A DNA stretch of 64,000 nucleotides from Octopus vulgaris (taxonomy: Eukaryota), in the NCBI GenBank assembly GCA_951406725.2, contig OX597838.1, positions 4,898,001 to 4,962,000 on the forward strand. The letters run 5' to 3'. A model generated the notes under the pieces. That model did not search any database. It worked only from the letters and a program-made list of their open reading frames with translations, and was not told where the DNA came from. Below are positions 12,719 through 25,086 of the stretch, piece after piece; position 1 is the first letter of the stretch, and each line of letters begins with the position of its first letter. Both the position numbers and the translations under genes were made by a program.

Positions 12719-13100
12719 CTACACAACTCAAGTGTGAGTTCATCAAAACAGAATTAAACACAATTGCCAAAAAATACGTCTAAACTATAAAGGCGTTCAT
12801 TGATATTCACGGACACAGACACAAGAGAAACAGGAATCACATTTACAAAAACGGCTTTTTGATGTATATTTATTGATATTATGCGTATATAAAAATACAT
12901 TTGCATATTTATAAATCAATCACTTTCTATGTCTGTCTACGATTCAATATATACATTTATCATTTAAATTCATGTCCCTGCTGGTGTGCATTCATAGACA
13001 AACACACACACATATGTCTACATATATATGTATATATATATATATACACACACACATATATATATATATGAATATATATATATGCATATATATGTATATA

Positions 13101-13225
<125 letters not shown>

Positions 13226-13406
13226 GTGTGTATGTACATACATGCACACACACACACACACTCATACAGACTTGTATGTATCTTTAGCTTTCAATTGTAT
13301 CAGTCTTCAAACTGCGGCCAAGCTGGGGCATAACCCTGAAGCGCCAAGTCGAACAAATCAATACCAGAATATATTTCACTTCTGTTGATATTATACTGGT
13401 ATAAAT

Positions 13407-13478
<72 letters not shown>

Positions 13479-13481
13479 ACA

Positions 13482-13543
<62 letters not shown>

Positions 13544-13773
13544 AGTGTGAAAATTATAAGGATAGAAAATTTAGAAATAATTCATACCGGTGGCTAGCAT
13601 GCGTAATAATAGTCAATAGACTACATATTTTCATATATAAAGTGTATAATATTTATACACAAAAGAGGCGACCCTTTACAAGACGCCTTACATGCTAGAG
13701 ACGGCAGCCAAGTCGAAACCACGAAGAAAGTAATTCCAGAGAGAATGGAAAAAATAATTATTCACAGTTAATT

Positions 13774-13837
13774 CCAAACTCGAGTTTCTTTATTAATGAA
13801 CAAACAAATTAATTTGTCATCTGTACTTCATCAGTGG
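13774..13837 (-). ncRNA. Hammerhead-like motif with enlarged stem II
   Basis: CCA-CTGATGA-(about 39 nt with internal palindrome acaaattaatttgt)-GAAA-CTCGAG-TT-TGG. Confidence 0.4.
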
Positions 13838-13930
13838 GGCAACCTAAGACAATATATAATCATGTATGTATGTATGTATGTATGTATGTATGTATATATA
13901 TAGGTATATATATATATATGTATATATATA

Positions 13931-14162
13931 TTTCTGTACTACCCAACAGGGGCTAAACACAGAGGGGACAAAACAAGGACAGACAAAGGAATTAAGTCGA
14001 TTACATCGACCCCAGTGCGTAACTGGTACTTAATTTATCGACCCCTAGAGGATGAAAGGCAAAGTCGACCTCGGCGGAATTTGAACTCAGAACACAGCGG
14101 CAGACGAAACACCGCAAAGCATTTTGTCCAGCGTGCTAACGTTTCTGCCAGCTCGCCGCCTT
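13931..14162 (-). mobile_element. SINE family B, near full length, with LINE-like 3' tail
   Basis: Head aaggcggcgagctggcagaaacgttagc with B-box-like gagttcaaattcc; central gcctttcatcc...gtcgataaattaagtaccag; tail tgtcccctctgtgtttagcccctgttgggtagtacagaaa. Confidence 0.85.
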
Positions 14163-14685
14163 GTATATATATGTATATATATATGCATGTATGCATGTAT
14201 GTATGTATGTATGTATGTATACATAGATATGAATACATAGAATGAGACTCTACATAGTTTATGTGAACATATTCACTTACCAGGCATTGATGAATCTGGG
14301 CATGTAGTAGAAGATACCTACCCCAGATGCCACACAGTGGAACTAAACCCGAATCCACATGCTCGCGAGGTGAGTTTCTTAACCACACAGCTATGTCTGC
14401 GCCTTTAAACAGGTATGACTGTTGCGTCCGTACATAAGTATGCCACTCCCAATATATGCATATACAAAAATACAGGCATACCTCGGCTTAAGCCGTTTCG
14501 AATTAAGCTTTCCTCGATTATACGTCGGTTTTCAAAAATAATAAATGGAAAACTTAAAAATCAAGTTCAGTTATTTTACTCGATTTCACGTCTCTCCGCC
14601 AAAAATATTGGAATCCTAAAAGCACTAGAAAAGCGTTAAAAGCGCGTAACATCATGTTACTGTACAATAAATAAGAATAAAAGAA

Positions 14686-15095
14686 TAGGAGTGGCTGTGC
14701 GGTAAGTCGCTTGTTTACGAACCACATGGTTCCAGGTTCAGTCCCACTGCGTGGCACCTTGGGCAAGTGTCTTCTACTATAGCCTCGGGTCAACCAAGGC
14801 CTTGTGAGTGGATTTGGTAGACGGAAACTGAAAGAAATCCGACGTATATATGTATATATATATGTATGTGTGTGTTTGTTTATGTTTCTGTGTCTGTGTT
14901 TGTCCTCCCAACATCGCTTGACAACCGATGCTGGTGAGTTTACGCCACTGTAACTTAGCGGTTCGGCAAAAGAGACCGATAAATTAAGTACTAGGCTTCC
15001 AGAGAATAAGTCCTGGGGTCGATTTGCTCGACTAAAGGCGGTGCACCAGCATGGCCACAGTCAAATGACTGAAACACGTAAAAGACTAAAAAGAG
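14686..15095 (+). mobile_element. SINE family A, near full length
   Basis: ggagtggctgtgcggtaag...ggttcagtccc...ccttgggcaagtg...cagtcaaatgactgaaac. Confidence 0.9.
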
Positions 15096-15394
15096 CAGTA
15101 AAAAAGCATATAAAATCATATTAACATACGTACAGTAAATGTTAACATACACACCATAAAGTAGTATAGCTTAGTGAACGAGATCCTGAAATCAGCGTGA
15201 GTCCAAATACTTAAATGTATGTTTAGAGATTGTCTTAACCCGATTTGCCTTCGGTTTATTTCTGTAGTTATTTATCATCTGTGTATTTTGGCGATTTAAA
15301 TAAGAGTTTTGACTTTTATTTCCAACAGGTAGACATACATAGTATGTCCTTTAATTTCAATATTTCATATATATATATATATATATACACGCAC

Positions 15395-15427
<33 letters not shown>

Positions 15428-16191
15428 TGCACACACACACACACACTCACACACACACACACACACACAAGTATGTATGTATATAGAGAGAGGCCAACTT
15501 ACTTAAGCTTCATGCCATTTTAAACAACAGGACGGTACTCATATATTTCCATGTATTGTTGTTAGCAGCGCTGATTATCGGGCGACATCTGTGTTCATTC
15601 TCAAAGTGGCATTTGCTATATACACCTATCAGCATTAATGAAGATATTATTACATAAAACCGAATTTATTTGTTATAAATTCTGCGCATGTAATCTTTCA
15701 CCGAGTGACAGGTGTTATGAATAACTTATAAATTGTTTTAACATTAATTGATTTTGTATATCATATACATATTTCTAACAAAAACAGATTTTGTTTTCGA
15801 ATTCAATAATTTAGCGTTATTTTCTAAGCGATATTCTTTACAATATGTAAGCTTTAAAAAAATTTACATGTGCAGAATTGAATCCACGTGATTTCTAGCA
15901 TTGTTTGATATATTATTATATTCATAATTTGTTGGCTGTTATAAATAGACTTTATATTATTGTTCAGAAATATGTAGTGTTTTAACAAATCTCAAATTTT
16001 TAACCAAAACGTCTGTTCGGCGTATTTTCGGTATGGCGAACAAGTGCTGAATTCTAACTGTAGTCTCTATGCTATTGTTAACAAAGATGCTATATTAAAA
16101 GATCAGTCTATTTGCTGTTGTTTTGAACAGCCGGATGTCAAAATTAATTTGTTATTAAAGAAAAGAATGAGACGTTAAAAGTATATGAACG

Positions 16192-16236
<45 letters not shown>

Positions 16237-16251
16237 TTATGTTATAGAAGG

Positions 16252-16302
16252 AGCTTCTACAGGACTAGAACTGTTTCATTCAAATGAAATCACCAGGAAG
16301 CT
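16252..16302 (-). ncRNA. Antisense-arm copy of the same hammerhead with an A6G core change (CUGGUGA)
   Basis: Mirror of 16336-16386; mismatch at 16293. Confidence 0.7.
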
Positions 16303-16335
16303 TGCTGTCAAAATAAGTTCTTTATTTTGACAGCA

Positions 16336-16386
16336 AGCTTCCTGATGATTTCATTTGAATGAAACAGTTCTAGTCCTGTAGAAGCT
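16336..16386 (+). ncRNA. Type I hammerhead ribozyme with intact catalytic core
   Basis: Stem I AGCTTC/GAAGCT; CTGATGA at 16342-16348; stem II TTC-attt-GAA with a U.U closing pair; GAAA at 16361-16364; stem III CAG/CTG; GUA triplet with predicted cleavage after 16380. Confidence 0.8.
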
Positions 16387-16468
16387 CCTTCTATAAAATA
16401 AATTAATTTACTCTGCTATGTATTGAGTACCTTACTTACTGTGGTTAACCCCGACTCAACCCGGGACC

Positions 16469-16521
<53 letters not shown>

Positions 16522-16790
16522 GTATACATACATGCACACACATATATACTCATACATATATATACATATATGTGTATATATATACACATATGCGTATATG
16601 TATATATACATAAACTTATGAGTAGAAAGATATATTTTTCAACTCGTAAATATTGATAGAACAGCATAAATGGGATAAAATCCTTACAGAGCAGAAACCA
16701 CTTTCTACTTATACTACAGTACATTTCAGAGCTTCAAAACAAACTTATATTTGTTTACATATGTTTACATATGACATAATAAACATCTAA

Positions 16791-16895
<105 letters not shown>

Positions 16896-17010
16896 GCTTA
16901 CGGAAGAACAAAAGGAGAGGAATCAAAATATCTCAGAATGTGTAATTAGAAGAAGCGTAGGAGGAATGCTCGTTGTTGAGAGATAAATACAGTGTAATAG
17001 CGAGTGTGAA

Positions 17011-17041
<31 letters not shown>

Positions 17042-17535
17042 AACAGAGAGAGAGAGAGTGTGTGTATTTGTGTGAGTTAGATATATAGTTCAGTGTAAAA
17101 GAGTGAGAGAAAGAGAGAGAATGAATAATAGATAGATAAATATAAATAGACAGATATACAGATAAGTAGATAAATAGATAGTGTTGTCACCATAGTTAAC
17201 TAAATTCTTTTGATTTTAAACACGCGACTTTCAAGTGCTAGTCTGTCAACAAAATACAAAACTTCTAAAAAGAAAAAAACGCTTTCATTATATAAGAATA
17301 TCGTTGTTTTGTTTGTTCGTGTGTTCGTGTGTCTTTCCATGTGTGAGCGCGGGTGTGTGGGTGTATGTTCATTTGTGTGGGTGTATGTTCATCTGTGTGT
17401 GCGTATGTGTGTTTGTGCGTGCGTGTGAACGCGTATGTGCGTGTGTGCGTGTGTGCACTTCTGTGTGTTGCTGTACGTCTTAGAGAAAACAAATTACAAA
17501 AAATAAATTTTACTATTGTTGTTGAGAAATACATT

Positions 17536-17575
<40 letters not shown>

Positions 17576-17664
17576 AAGAGAAGGAGGGAGAAAGAGAGAG
17601 AATGAGAGAGCGTGTGAGTGAGTGATTGTGTGTGTATGAAGGGCAGATAAATATATAGACTATC

Positions 17665-17678
17665 GTTACCATAGTAAC
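17665..17678. promoter_or_regulatory. RFX X-box GTTACCATAGTAAC
   Basis: Canonical X-box palindrome in unique sequence; motif only. Confidence 0.3.
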
Positions 17679-18450
17679 TAACGAAACTTTCACTATCTAA
17701 CAGTCACCTATTAAAAGAAGACACGTGCATGATTAACAGATATACTTTCCGGCAGCGTAGTGACGGATTGCCACCTAATAGTAAGGAATTAAAATCATTA
17801 ACAGGTATATTAATGGTGAATATTCCTGCTGTTTTGATGAAGTCGACCATACTGGAGTAACGGAATCGTCAAAGGCAGTCATTTCACCACGAAACACTCA
17901 TTCTTTTACAGGCAACAACCGCATATCACTACCAAATGTGTCCTCTTACATACGTTTGTTTGCAATGTAGGGAGGGAATAAGTTATTTCTAGCATGGCAA
18001 TTCAACATTGTAGATGTTCTGTCTAGTACGACTTGGTACATCCAAAGGCGGTACTGTACTCGTGGTACGGTACCTGATGATATAATCATAAATGTGACAA
18101 ACTTGGCGCATGGCCTGGTGACAAATGATGGCGCATGGCCTAGTTGTTAGGACGTTGCAATCACGACCACAAGTTTGTGGTTTCGATTCCCGTTCCTGAT
18201 GACACGTCGTACTCTTGAGCATAATACTTCATCTCACGTTGCTCCAGTCCACTCAGCTGTAAAAGCGTCGCTCTACGGGGTAGAATGGTGTTCTGTTCAA
18301 GTGCGGAATGGTGTGGTTTCTGTCCTCTATATGCTGGAGAGACCGAGTAACCCACCCTATGGGTGCTAAGGCTTGAGGCAATAATACCCAGGGCTTGTTT
18401 TCGTTGTTGTTGATGATGATAGTAATGACGACGACGACGACGACGACGAC

Positions 18451-18504
<54 letters not shown>

Positions 18505-18597
18505 AATGATGATGATGATAAATGAATGATATCCATGGCAATATTGTTTGTACTACCAAGAAAGCAACTTTATTTTCTGAACGCTAATGGCTTCATT

Positions 18598-18945
18598 GTG
18601 GAGGCGCGTGGCTTAGTGCTTAGGGTGTCAGCATCATGATCGTAAGATTGTGGTTTCGATTCCTGGACCGGGCGACGCGTTGTGTTCTTGAGCAAAACAC
18701 TTCAGTTCACGTTGCTCCAGTCCACTCAGCTGGCAAAAATGAGTAACGCTGCGATGGACTGGCGTCCCGTCTAGCTGGGGAACACATATGCCATAGAAAC
18801 CGGGAAACCGGGCCCATGAGCCTGGCTAGGCTTTAAAAGGGCACAACTGCGATGGACTGGTACTCCGTCCAACTGGGAGATACACATACGTCACAGAAAC
18901 CGGGAAACCGAGCCCATGAGCCTGGCTAGGCTTGAAAAGGGCGCA
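18598..18945 (+). mobile_element. SINE family C with tandemly duplicated 3' tail (degenerate copy at about 18128-18380)
   Basis: A/B-box-like tggcttagtg and ggtttcgattcc; CORE-like gttcttgagcaaaacac...ccactcagctg; ctgcgatggactgg...aaaagggc present twice. Confidence 0.85.
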
Positions 18946-19293
18946 TAAAAAATGGCTTCATTAGTTTCCATTTTTGAAACCTGATTAACCTTTGCGGAGT
19001 TGCGTTTTCCTCTCTCCTTCACAGTTCAGTTTTGTTTAGTAAAAGTTCGATTACATTTCTGATAATACTTATGCTGGCAGAAACTTTTAGCATGCCAGAC
19101 AAAAAGGGTTAGCAGCTTTTCTTCCGGTTTTATGAGTTGAGTTCAAGTTTCTCTACGGTCGACTTCGCTTTTGATCCTTTCGGGGTCCATCATATAAGTA
19201 CCAGTCGAATAATAGATTTGATTTAACCGACTTAGCGATCCCCACGAAATTTCAGATCTTGCACCTATAGCAGAAAAAAAAACAAAAATTGAT

Positions 19294-19702
19294 TACTCTT
19301 ACTCTTTACTCTTGTACTTGTTTCAGTCATTTGACTGCGGCCATGCTGGAGCACCGCCTTCAGTCGGGCAAATCGACCCCAGGACTTATTCTTTGTAAGC
19401 CCAGTACTTATTCTATCGATCTCTTTTGCCGAACCGCTAGGTGACGGGGGCGTAAACACACCAGCATCGGTTGTCAAGCAATGCTAGGGGGACAAACACA
19501 GACACACAAACATACACACACACATACATATATATACATATATACGACGGGCTTCTTTCAGTTTCCGTCTACCAAATCCACTCACAAGGCTTTGGTAGGC
19601 CTGAGGCTATAGTAGAAGACACTTGCCCAAGATGCCACACAGTGGGACTGAACCCGGAACCATGTGGTTGGTAAGCAAGCTACTTACCACACAGCCACTC
19701 CT
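19294..19702 (-). mobile_element. SINE family A, near full length
   Basis: Reverse-complement match to 14686-15095. Confidence 0.9.
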
Positions 19703-19726
19703 GATAAATTTTGCGCCATTTTAGTG

Positions 19727-20359
19727 CAAAGGTTCTCAACCATTTATTTTTTTCTTATCTTCGGATCCCTTTGATTACCATTGTATTCTTGTGGACCCCA
19801 TAGCTATCCGATGTTTATAAGCTAGTTTTATAGAACCTTCTTCAAAAATTCCTAATTTGTTTCTCACACATTCACTTGTGTAGGTTGGACGCTGTAAAAT
19901 GTTAGAGAAAGAGACACAACTATTTCTTGAAATACATATCAACACATACAATAATCACTCACCATATTGCGGTCCGCCTATCGCGGTTCAACTATCGCGG
20001 TCCACCTATCGCGGTCCACCTATCGCGTTTTATTATTTAAACTTACGTCGATTCCTCCGTGTGTTGTTTTGCATTTATGATAAAATAAATGTATACAAAT
20101 CATAAAAATAAGAATAACAATACAATACAGTACCGTTTCAACTTCGCGGATTTTCAGCTCTCGTGAGGGGGGGTGTGTGAAACATAATACACTCGATAGT
20201 CGAGGGATTACTGTAAAAATAAAACAATTTTTTTCTGGCGCCCTTAAAATACTATTGTAGACCCCACACTTCCACCACTTTACTATTTTATTACGTGGAC
20301 CCCAAAAAATCTTAGATGGACCGTCGGGGGCTATATGAACCCCAGCCTGAGAACCGCTG
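19727..20359. mobile_element. hAT-type MITE with 8-bp TSD
   Basis: TIRs caaaggttctca / tgagaaccgctg; identical TTTTAGTG at 19719-19726 and 20360-20367. Confidence 0.8.
19949..20213. mobile_element. Nested pogo/Tigger-like MITE flanked by TA
   Basis: ta|caataatcactc ... gagggattactg|ta; internal ctatcgcgg repeats. Confidence 0.65.
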
Positions 20360-20488
20360 TTTTAGTGTAAAAGACAGCAGATTTTGTCGTTGTGGTTGAA
20401 TTGCATCGATAAAATTTGTGCTAGCGTAATTATGATTGTTAGCTTGGCCATTTGCTTTTTAAAACTTGCGGTAATAGTAAGATTAAGA

Positions 20489-20859
20489 AGCACTCCGTCG
20501 GTTACGACGATGAGGGTTCCGGTTGATCCGAATCAACGGAACAGCCTGCTCGTGAAGTTAACGTGTAAGTGGCTGAGCACTCCAGAGACACGTGTACCCT
20601 TAACGTAGTTCTCGGGGATATTCAGCGTGACACAGAGAGTGACAAGGCCGGCCCCTTGAAATACAGGTACAACAGAAACAGGAAGTAAGAGTGAGAGAAA
20701 GTTGTGGTGAAAGAGTACAACAGGGATCACCACCATCCCCTCGTGGAGCTTTAGGTGTTTTCGCTCAATAGACACTCACAACGCCCGGTCTGGGAATCGA
20801 AACCGCGATCCTATGACTGCGAGTCCGCTGCCCTAACCACTGGGCCATTGCGCCTCCAC
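20489..20859 (-). mobile_element. SINE family D, near full length
   Basis: Minus-strand head tggaggcgcaatggcccagtggttagg...ggtttcgattccc; other copies at 12270, 27385 and 33573. Confidence 0.88.
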
Positions 20860-20939
20860 CTGCGGTAGTAGTATCAACCATATGAAATAATTAACAGCTT
20901 ACCTCTTCGTCTAGTAGCATTTGTTCCTAATCCTCACAA

Positions 20940-21230
20940 CAGGGGTCCTGTCCTGGGTTCACATGAACCCCCACGAGTATAAAATTGTAATATGTGGGTC
21001 CATATATAAATTTTGTTTACTAGGAGAGGTACCTGTTTTTATTTAATCTTTTAGGATTTGTACTTGGAATGTATGTTATGAATATAACGAACTAGCTTCA
21101 TTGTTAGTTTTTACTTACTAACATACAAACAAATACTTTATTTCAAAAATTTACGTGTACATATATGGGGTTCACAGATGATATGATAACTCTCAGGGGA
21201 CCACAAGTAAAATAAGATTGGGGACCCCTG
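20940..21230. mobile_element. hAT-type MITE
   Basis: TIRs caggggtcc / ggacccctg; TSD degenerate. Confidence 0.6.
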
Positions 21231-21408
21231 TCTTAGAATTGTCAGGCCGTGGAAGAGAATGAATATATTCAGCGATTGTCTCGGGGTATGTCCATAGATT
21301 TATCATCCTCAAGGTTTGCATCAGTAATGGTCTTTTTAACATCTGAATGGGAAACAGGTTTTGAGTTTTTTAAAGTAAAAATTCCTGCGTGGTCTGAATC
21401 ACTCTGGA

Positions 21409-21864
21409 CTAATAAGAATAACTTTTAGTCCCTGTGTCTGAATCGATATAATTTTCGATGTCTGAAGTAGGTGTGTCTGTTGTATCATACATAAGTTCTG
21501 CTGAGTAAAAGGAGCCACACTCAGAAACTATATCCTCAAGGGAAACAGTCTTGAATTCAATGAAATTCTCCGATTGAAAGGAAGTAAGTGTTGCGTTAGA
21601 GATAGGATCGGTTTCAGTGGCTATTTCGTGAACAACCTTTGGTTCGGAGAAGACATCTGTCGGTCTGTAAAAATCGGTTTGTGTACTTACATCATAAGCT
21701 GGCGCTAAACCTCGATCAAGATTTATGTATGTGCCTTGGGAAGGAATAATTTCCGATTTAGAATCGCCATACATTGACTTACAACAACATAAAATCCTAG
21801 AGAGTTGGTCGGCTAGATGCTGTCTCGTATCCATAATAGACATATTTTTGGAACAAAATTTCAT
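21409..21864 (-). other. 151-aa acidic ORF in unique sequence (orphan exon or pseudogene)
   Basis: ATG start; normal complexity; STQT and ATET motifs; a further 49 open codons in a shifted frame to about 21269. Confidence 0.35.
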
Positions 21865-22117
21865 ATACAGAAATGTTTTAAAAATACAAGCAGTAAATTA
21901 ATTAGAAAATTTTTAAAATGTTCAAAATCGACATAATTAAAATGTATAAATCATTTCGGAAAATACGAAATAAATTCAGTTATGTAATAACAAAAAACAC
22001 CAAAATTTGATTAAAATTGTCAATTCGAAATGAATTGAAGCTAGAAGAAAGGTCTCAATGTGAATCTCTTGAACCGACGAACATTGCTTATTATGACGTA
22101 TTATTTTTACCTAATAA

Positions 22118-22785
22118 GGCGCAGGAGTGGCTGTTTGGTAAGTAGCTTGCTTACCGACCGCATGGCTCCGGGTTCAGTCCCACTGCGCTGCACCTTGGGT
22201 GAGTCTCTTCTACTATAACCTCGGGCCTACCAAATCCTTCAGAGTGGATTTGACAGACGGAAACTGTAAGAAGCACGTCGTTGATATATATATATATATA
22301 TATTAGTGTACATTTAAACACAAAGATGCGAGCCCTTAAACAGGTTGCCTAACATACTAGAAGGAACAGTCAAAAAGTCCAAGCCACAGGTAAGAGCCAT
22401 TTCGAAGGGAATGAAAAATAAGATTTACCATGTTTTACAGCCGCACCTCAGGTTTCGGACTTTAATTAGCAAATAATATAATTTACAAGGGAAAGTTTCA
22501 TCAGCGGATACGCCAAAACATTAACATATAAATTAGACACCAAATAACACGTTTCTTACCCTTATATATTATAAAACGAAATATCAATTAATTATATTTG
22601 TGTGTCTCTGTTTGTTCTCCAGCTATCATTTGACAACCGCAACTTAGCGGTTCAGCAAAATAGACTGATAGAATAAGTGGTAGGTTTGAAAAGAATAAAA
22701 CCTGGGTCGACTTATTCGAATAAAGGCGGTGCTCCAGCAAGGTCACAGTCAAATGACTGAAACTAGTAAAAGAATAAAAGAATAA
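22118..22785 (+). mobile_element. SINE family A interrupted at its internal (TA)n by a roughly 300-bp HHR-bearing insert
   Basis: 5' half at 22118-22285, 3' half at about 22597-22785. Confidence 0.75.
22441..22507 (-). ncRNA. Hammerhead motif with extended stem II and GUG triplet
   Basis: CCG-CTGATGA-aACTTT...AAAGTcc-GAAA-CCtgaGG-TG-CGG. Confidence 0.55.
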
Positions 22786-23125
22786 CAGAAGTTTTCTCTC
22801 TCAGATTCACACACTTATTGCAGGCAGCGTCCCTTGAATTTTTGTAAGCCCTCTAAAATGAACTCGGAAGTTTGGGTTTGGAACCACGCTTTTCGCCATA
22901 CACTTAAACCCAGGAATCTTTCAGCACCTTTCGTATGCATGTATGTATGTATGTATGTATGTATGTATGTATGTATGTATGTATGTATGTCTGACTGTAT
23001 GTCTCTATGTATGCATGCTTGTATATATATATATATGTATGCATGTGTGTGCATGTATGATTTTATATATATTATATGTATATTTATATATATGTGTGTG
23101 TTTGTCTCTCTCTCTATATATATAT

Positions 23126-23235
23126 GGCCTACTCGCTTAGCCAGCGGGTGGCGTCATTTGAAGGCTAAAACAGTGCGAAGCGCATTGTGACCAGCGATGT
23201 GTAGCAACATCTGATAGCCTGGTCGGTCACGTGGA

Positions 23236-23242
<7 letters not shown>
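23126..23242. mobile_element. Short structured GC-rich element between two (TA)n tracts, probably a retroelement 3' end
   Basis: Hairpins cagtgcg-aag-cgcattg and gtgacc...ggtcac; sharp TA boundaries. Confidence 0.45.
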
Positions 23243-23299
<57 letters not shown>

Positions 23300-24151
23300 A
23301 TGTATGTATGCTTGTATATGTGTCTGCGTATGTATGTATATATGTATGTATACGACGTTTCCCACACGACTTCCGTCGGTCAAATTTACTCACCAGTTTT
23401 TGGCCGGTTCGGAGCTACAGCCGAAGACCCTTTGCCCACGTACTCATGTTCTTTGCATTGAAGCTGAACACGAAACAGCGTGCTCGTAAGAGGAGTTTGT
23501 TACCGAAACAGCCATTCGTACATTCGTACAAAGTGAACTAAACTAAATAGATAAATAAATAAACTCCGGATGAAAACAAAAAAATCATTCTCGTTGATGT
23601 TTACTTTTAAAGACAAAAGAGTAAATCCTAAAGAATAAAATGGAGACTTTGTAGAGTAAATACGATGAATGACAAGAAAACCAACAAGAAATTCACTCGA
23701 AAAAGGAAGCAGAATTTAAAAAAAAATACATGCAGAAGAAGAAAGAAAGTATATATGAAAAAAGAATAGAAAATAAAATGATATAAAGATAATGCAATAG
23801 GTTGTAAATCATAGTCTATTAGCTTCAACAAGTCTGGCTTCATCATTATTCATTTCACTTTTAAATAATTTTTGAATATAATAAAAATATATACATACAC
23901 AAACACTAACACAGAAACAAATAAATGTATGATAAATATATGTATATATGTGTGTTTGTGTGTGTCTATGTGTGTGTGAATGCTTGTATTGAACAGTGGC
24001 TAAGTTTGTGCATATTTACTCTTATATATATTTACATATCTATATATATATATAATACACAGATATCTATATATATGTATATATTTACATTTATTTACCT
24101 ATACATGGGCACTTGTGTATATGTACCACTACATACGTATATATATGTATA

Positions 24152-24192
<41 letters not shown>

Positions 24193-25019
24193 GTATATAT
24201 ATATATACATATATGTATGTACATTTATATATATATATATATATATACATATGTTTGTGTCTAAACATATATGTATATACTTATATACTTATATAGATAT
24301 ACATTGAGAATTAGAATTTTATAAATGGATGTGCATATACTCCTGACTGTTTAACGTCATGTGTGTGTGTCTGTGTCTGTGTCTCTGTGTGTGTGTGTGC
24401 GTGCGTGTGTATTTCTGTGCGTATGTGTATTTATAAAAGCATAAAAACAATATTAACTAATAATATGAACGTTCGAAACACGAAGTTAAATTAAATACTA
24501 GAAAATATAGTAAAAAATCACAAACAAACAAACACAGAAACACAGAACCGAAACAAAAGCAACAAAAAAGGAACACAGAGTGAAATTAATGAAAGCTAAA
24601 AAAAAAAATCGCACACAAACTTAAAACATTGAACTAAGTATAGAAAAGATCGGCAACAACGCGAAGAATAACAAAAACAACAACGTGTACAACAAGAACA
24701 GTTGTATATACCAATAAAATATATGTACGGCGACAGGAATCAAAGATTTCAACTGAAATTACTTTAAAACAATGAAATCAGAAAGACGTGATTGTAAGTA
24801 AGATGGCGGCAAACAAAAGAGGGAGAAAAAATGGCGGTATATCTAAACTAAGAGAAGATTTTTATATTAGTGGATTTAATTACTTGCAATAAATTATCTC
24901 TGTTTGTTTTCGTCCGTAGATATACGTAGAAAGCCAAATACGCATAATATATATGTATGATATATGTGTATATATATATATATATATAACATATATGTAT
25001 ACTTATGTATGTATATATA

Positions 25020-25086
<67 letters not shown>

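Larger units (their letters stand above)
16242..16396. repeat. Near-perfect foldback, 75-bp arms, 5-nt loop, 1 mismatch, between (TA)n tracts
   Basis: 16242-16316 is the reverse complement of 16322-16396 except at 16293/16345. Confidence 0.97.

Noticed and set aside
12700-12750. Minus-strand TTGATGA...GAAACGTT hammerhead-like motif
   Set aside because: No stem I, and it overlaps the candidate coding exon
14470-14690. Tigger-like TIR caggcatacctc
   Set aside because: Matching second TIR not found, so the element could not be delimited
17660-17900. Minus-strand translation vaguely like Cys-loop receptor TM1-TM2 (SPLIYLLMILIP...KVSL)
   Set aside because: Multiple stops, wrong spacing and no supporting motifs
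20780-20859. tRNA-like sequences at SINE heads (also 18598 and 27897)
   Set aside because: A/B boxes are present but there is no complete cloverleaf and the sequence is continuous with SINE bodies
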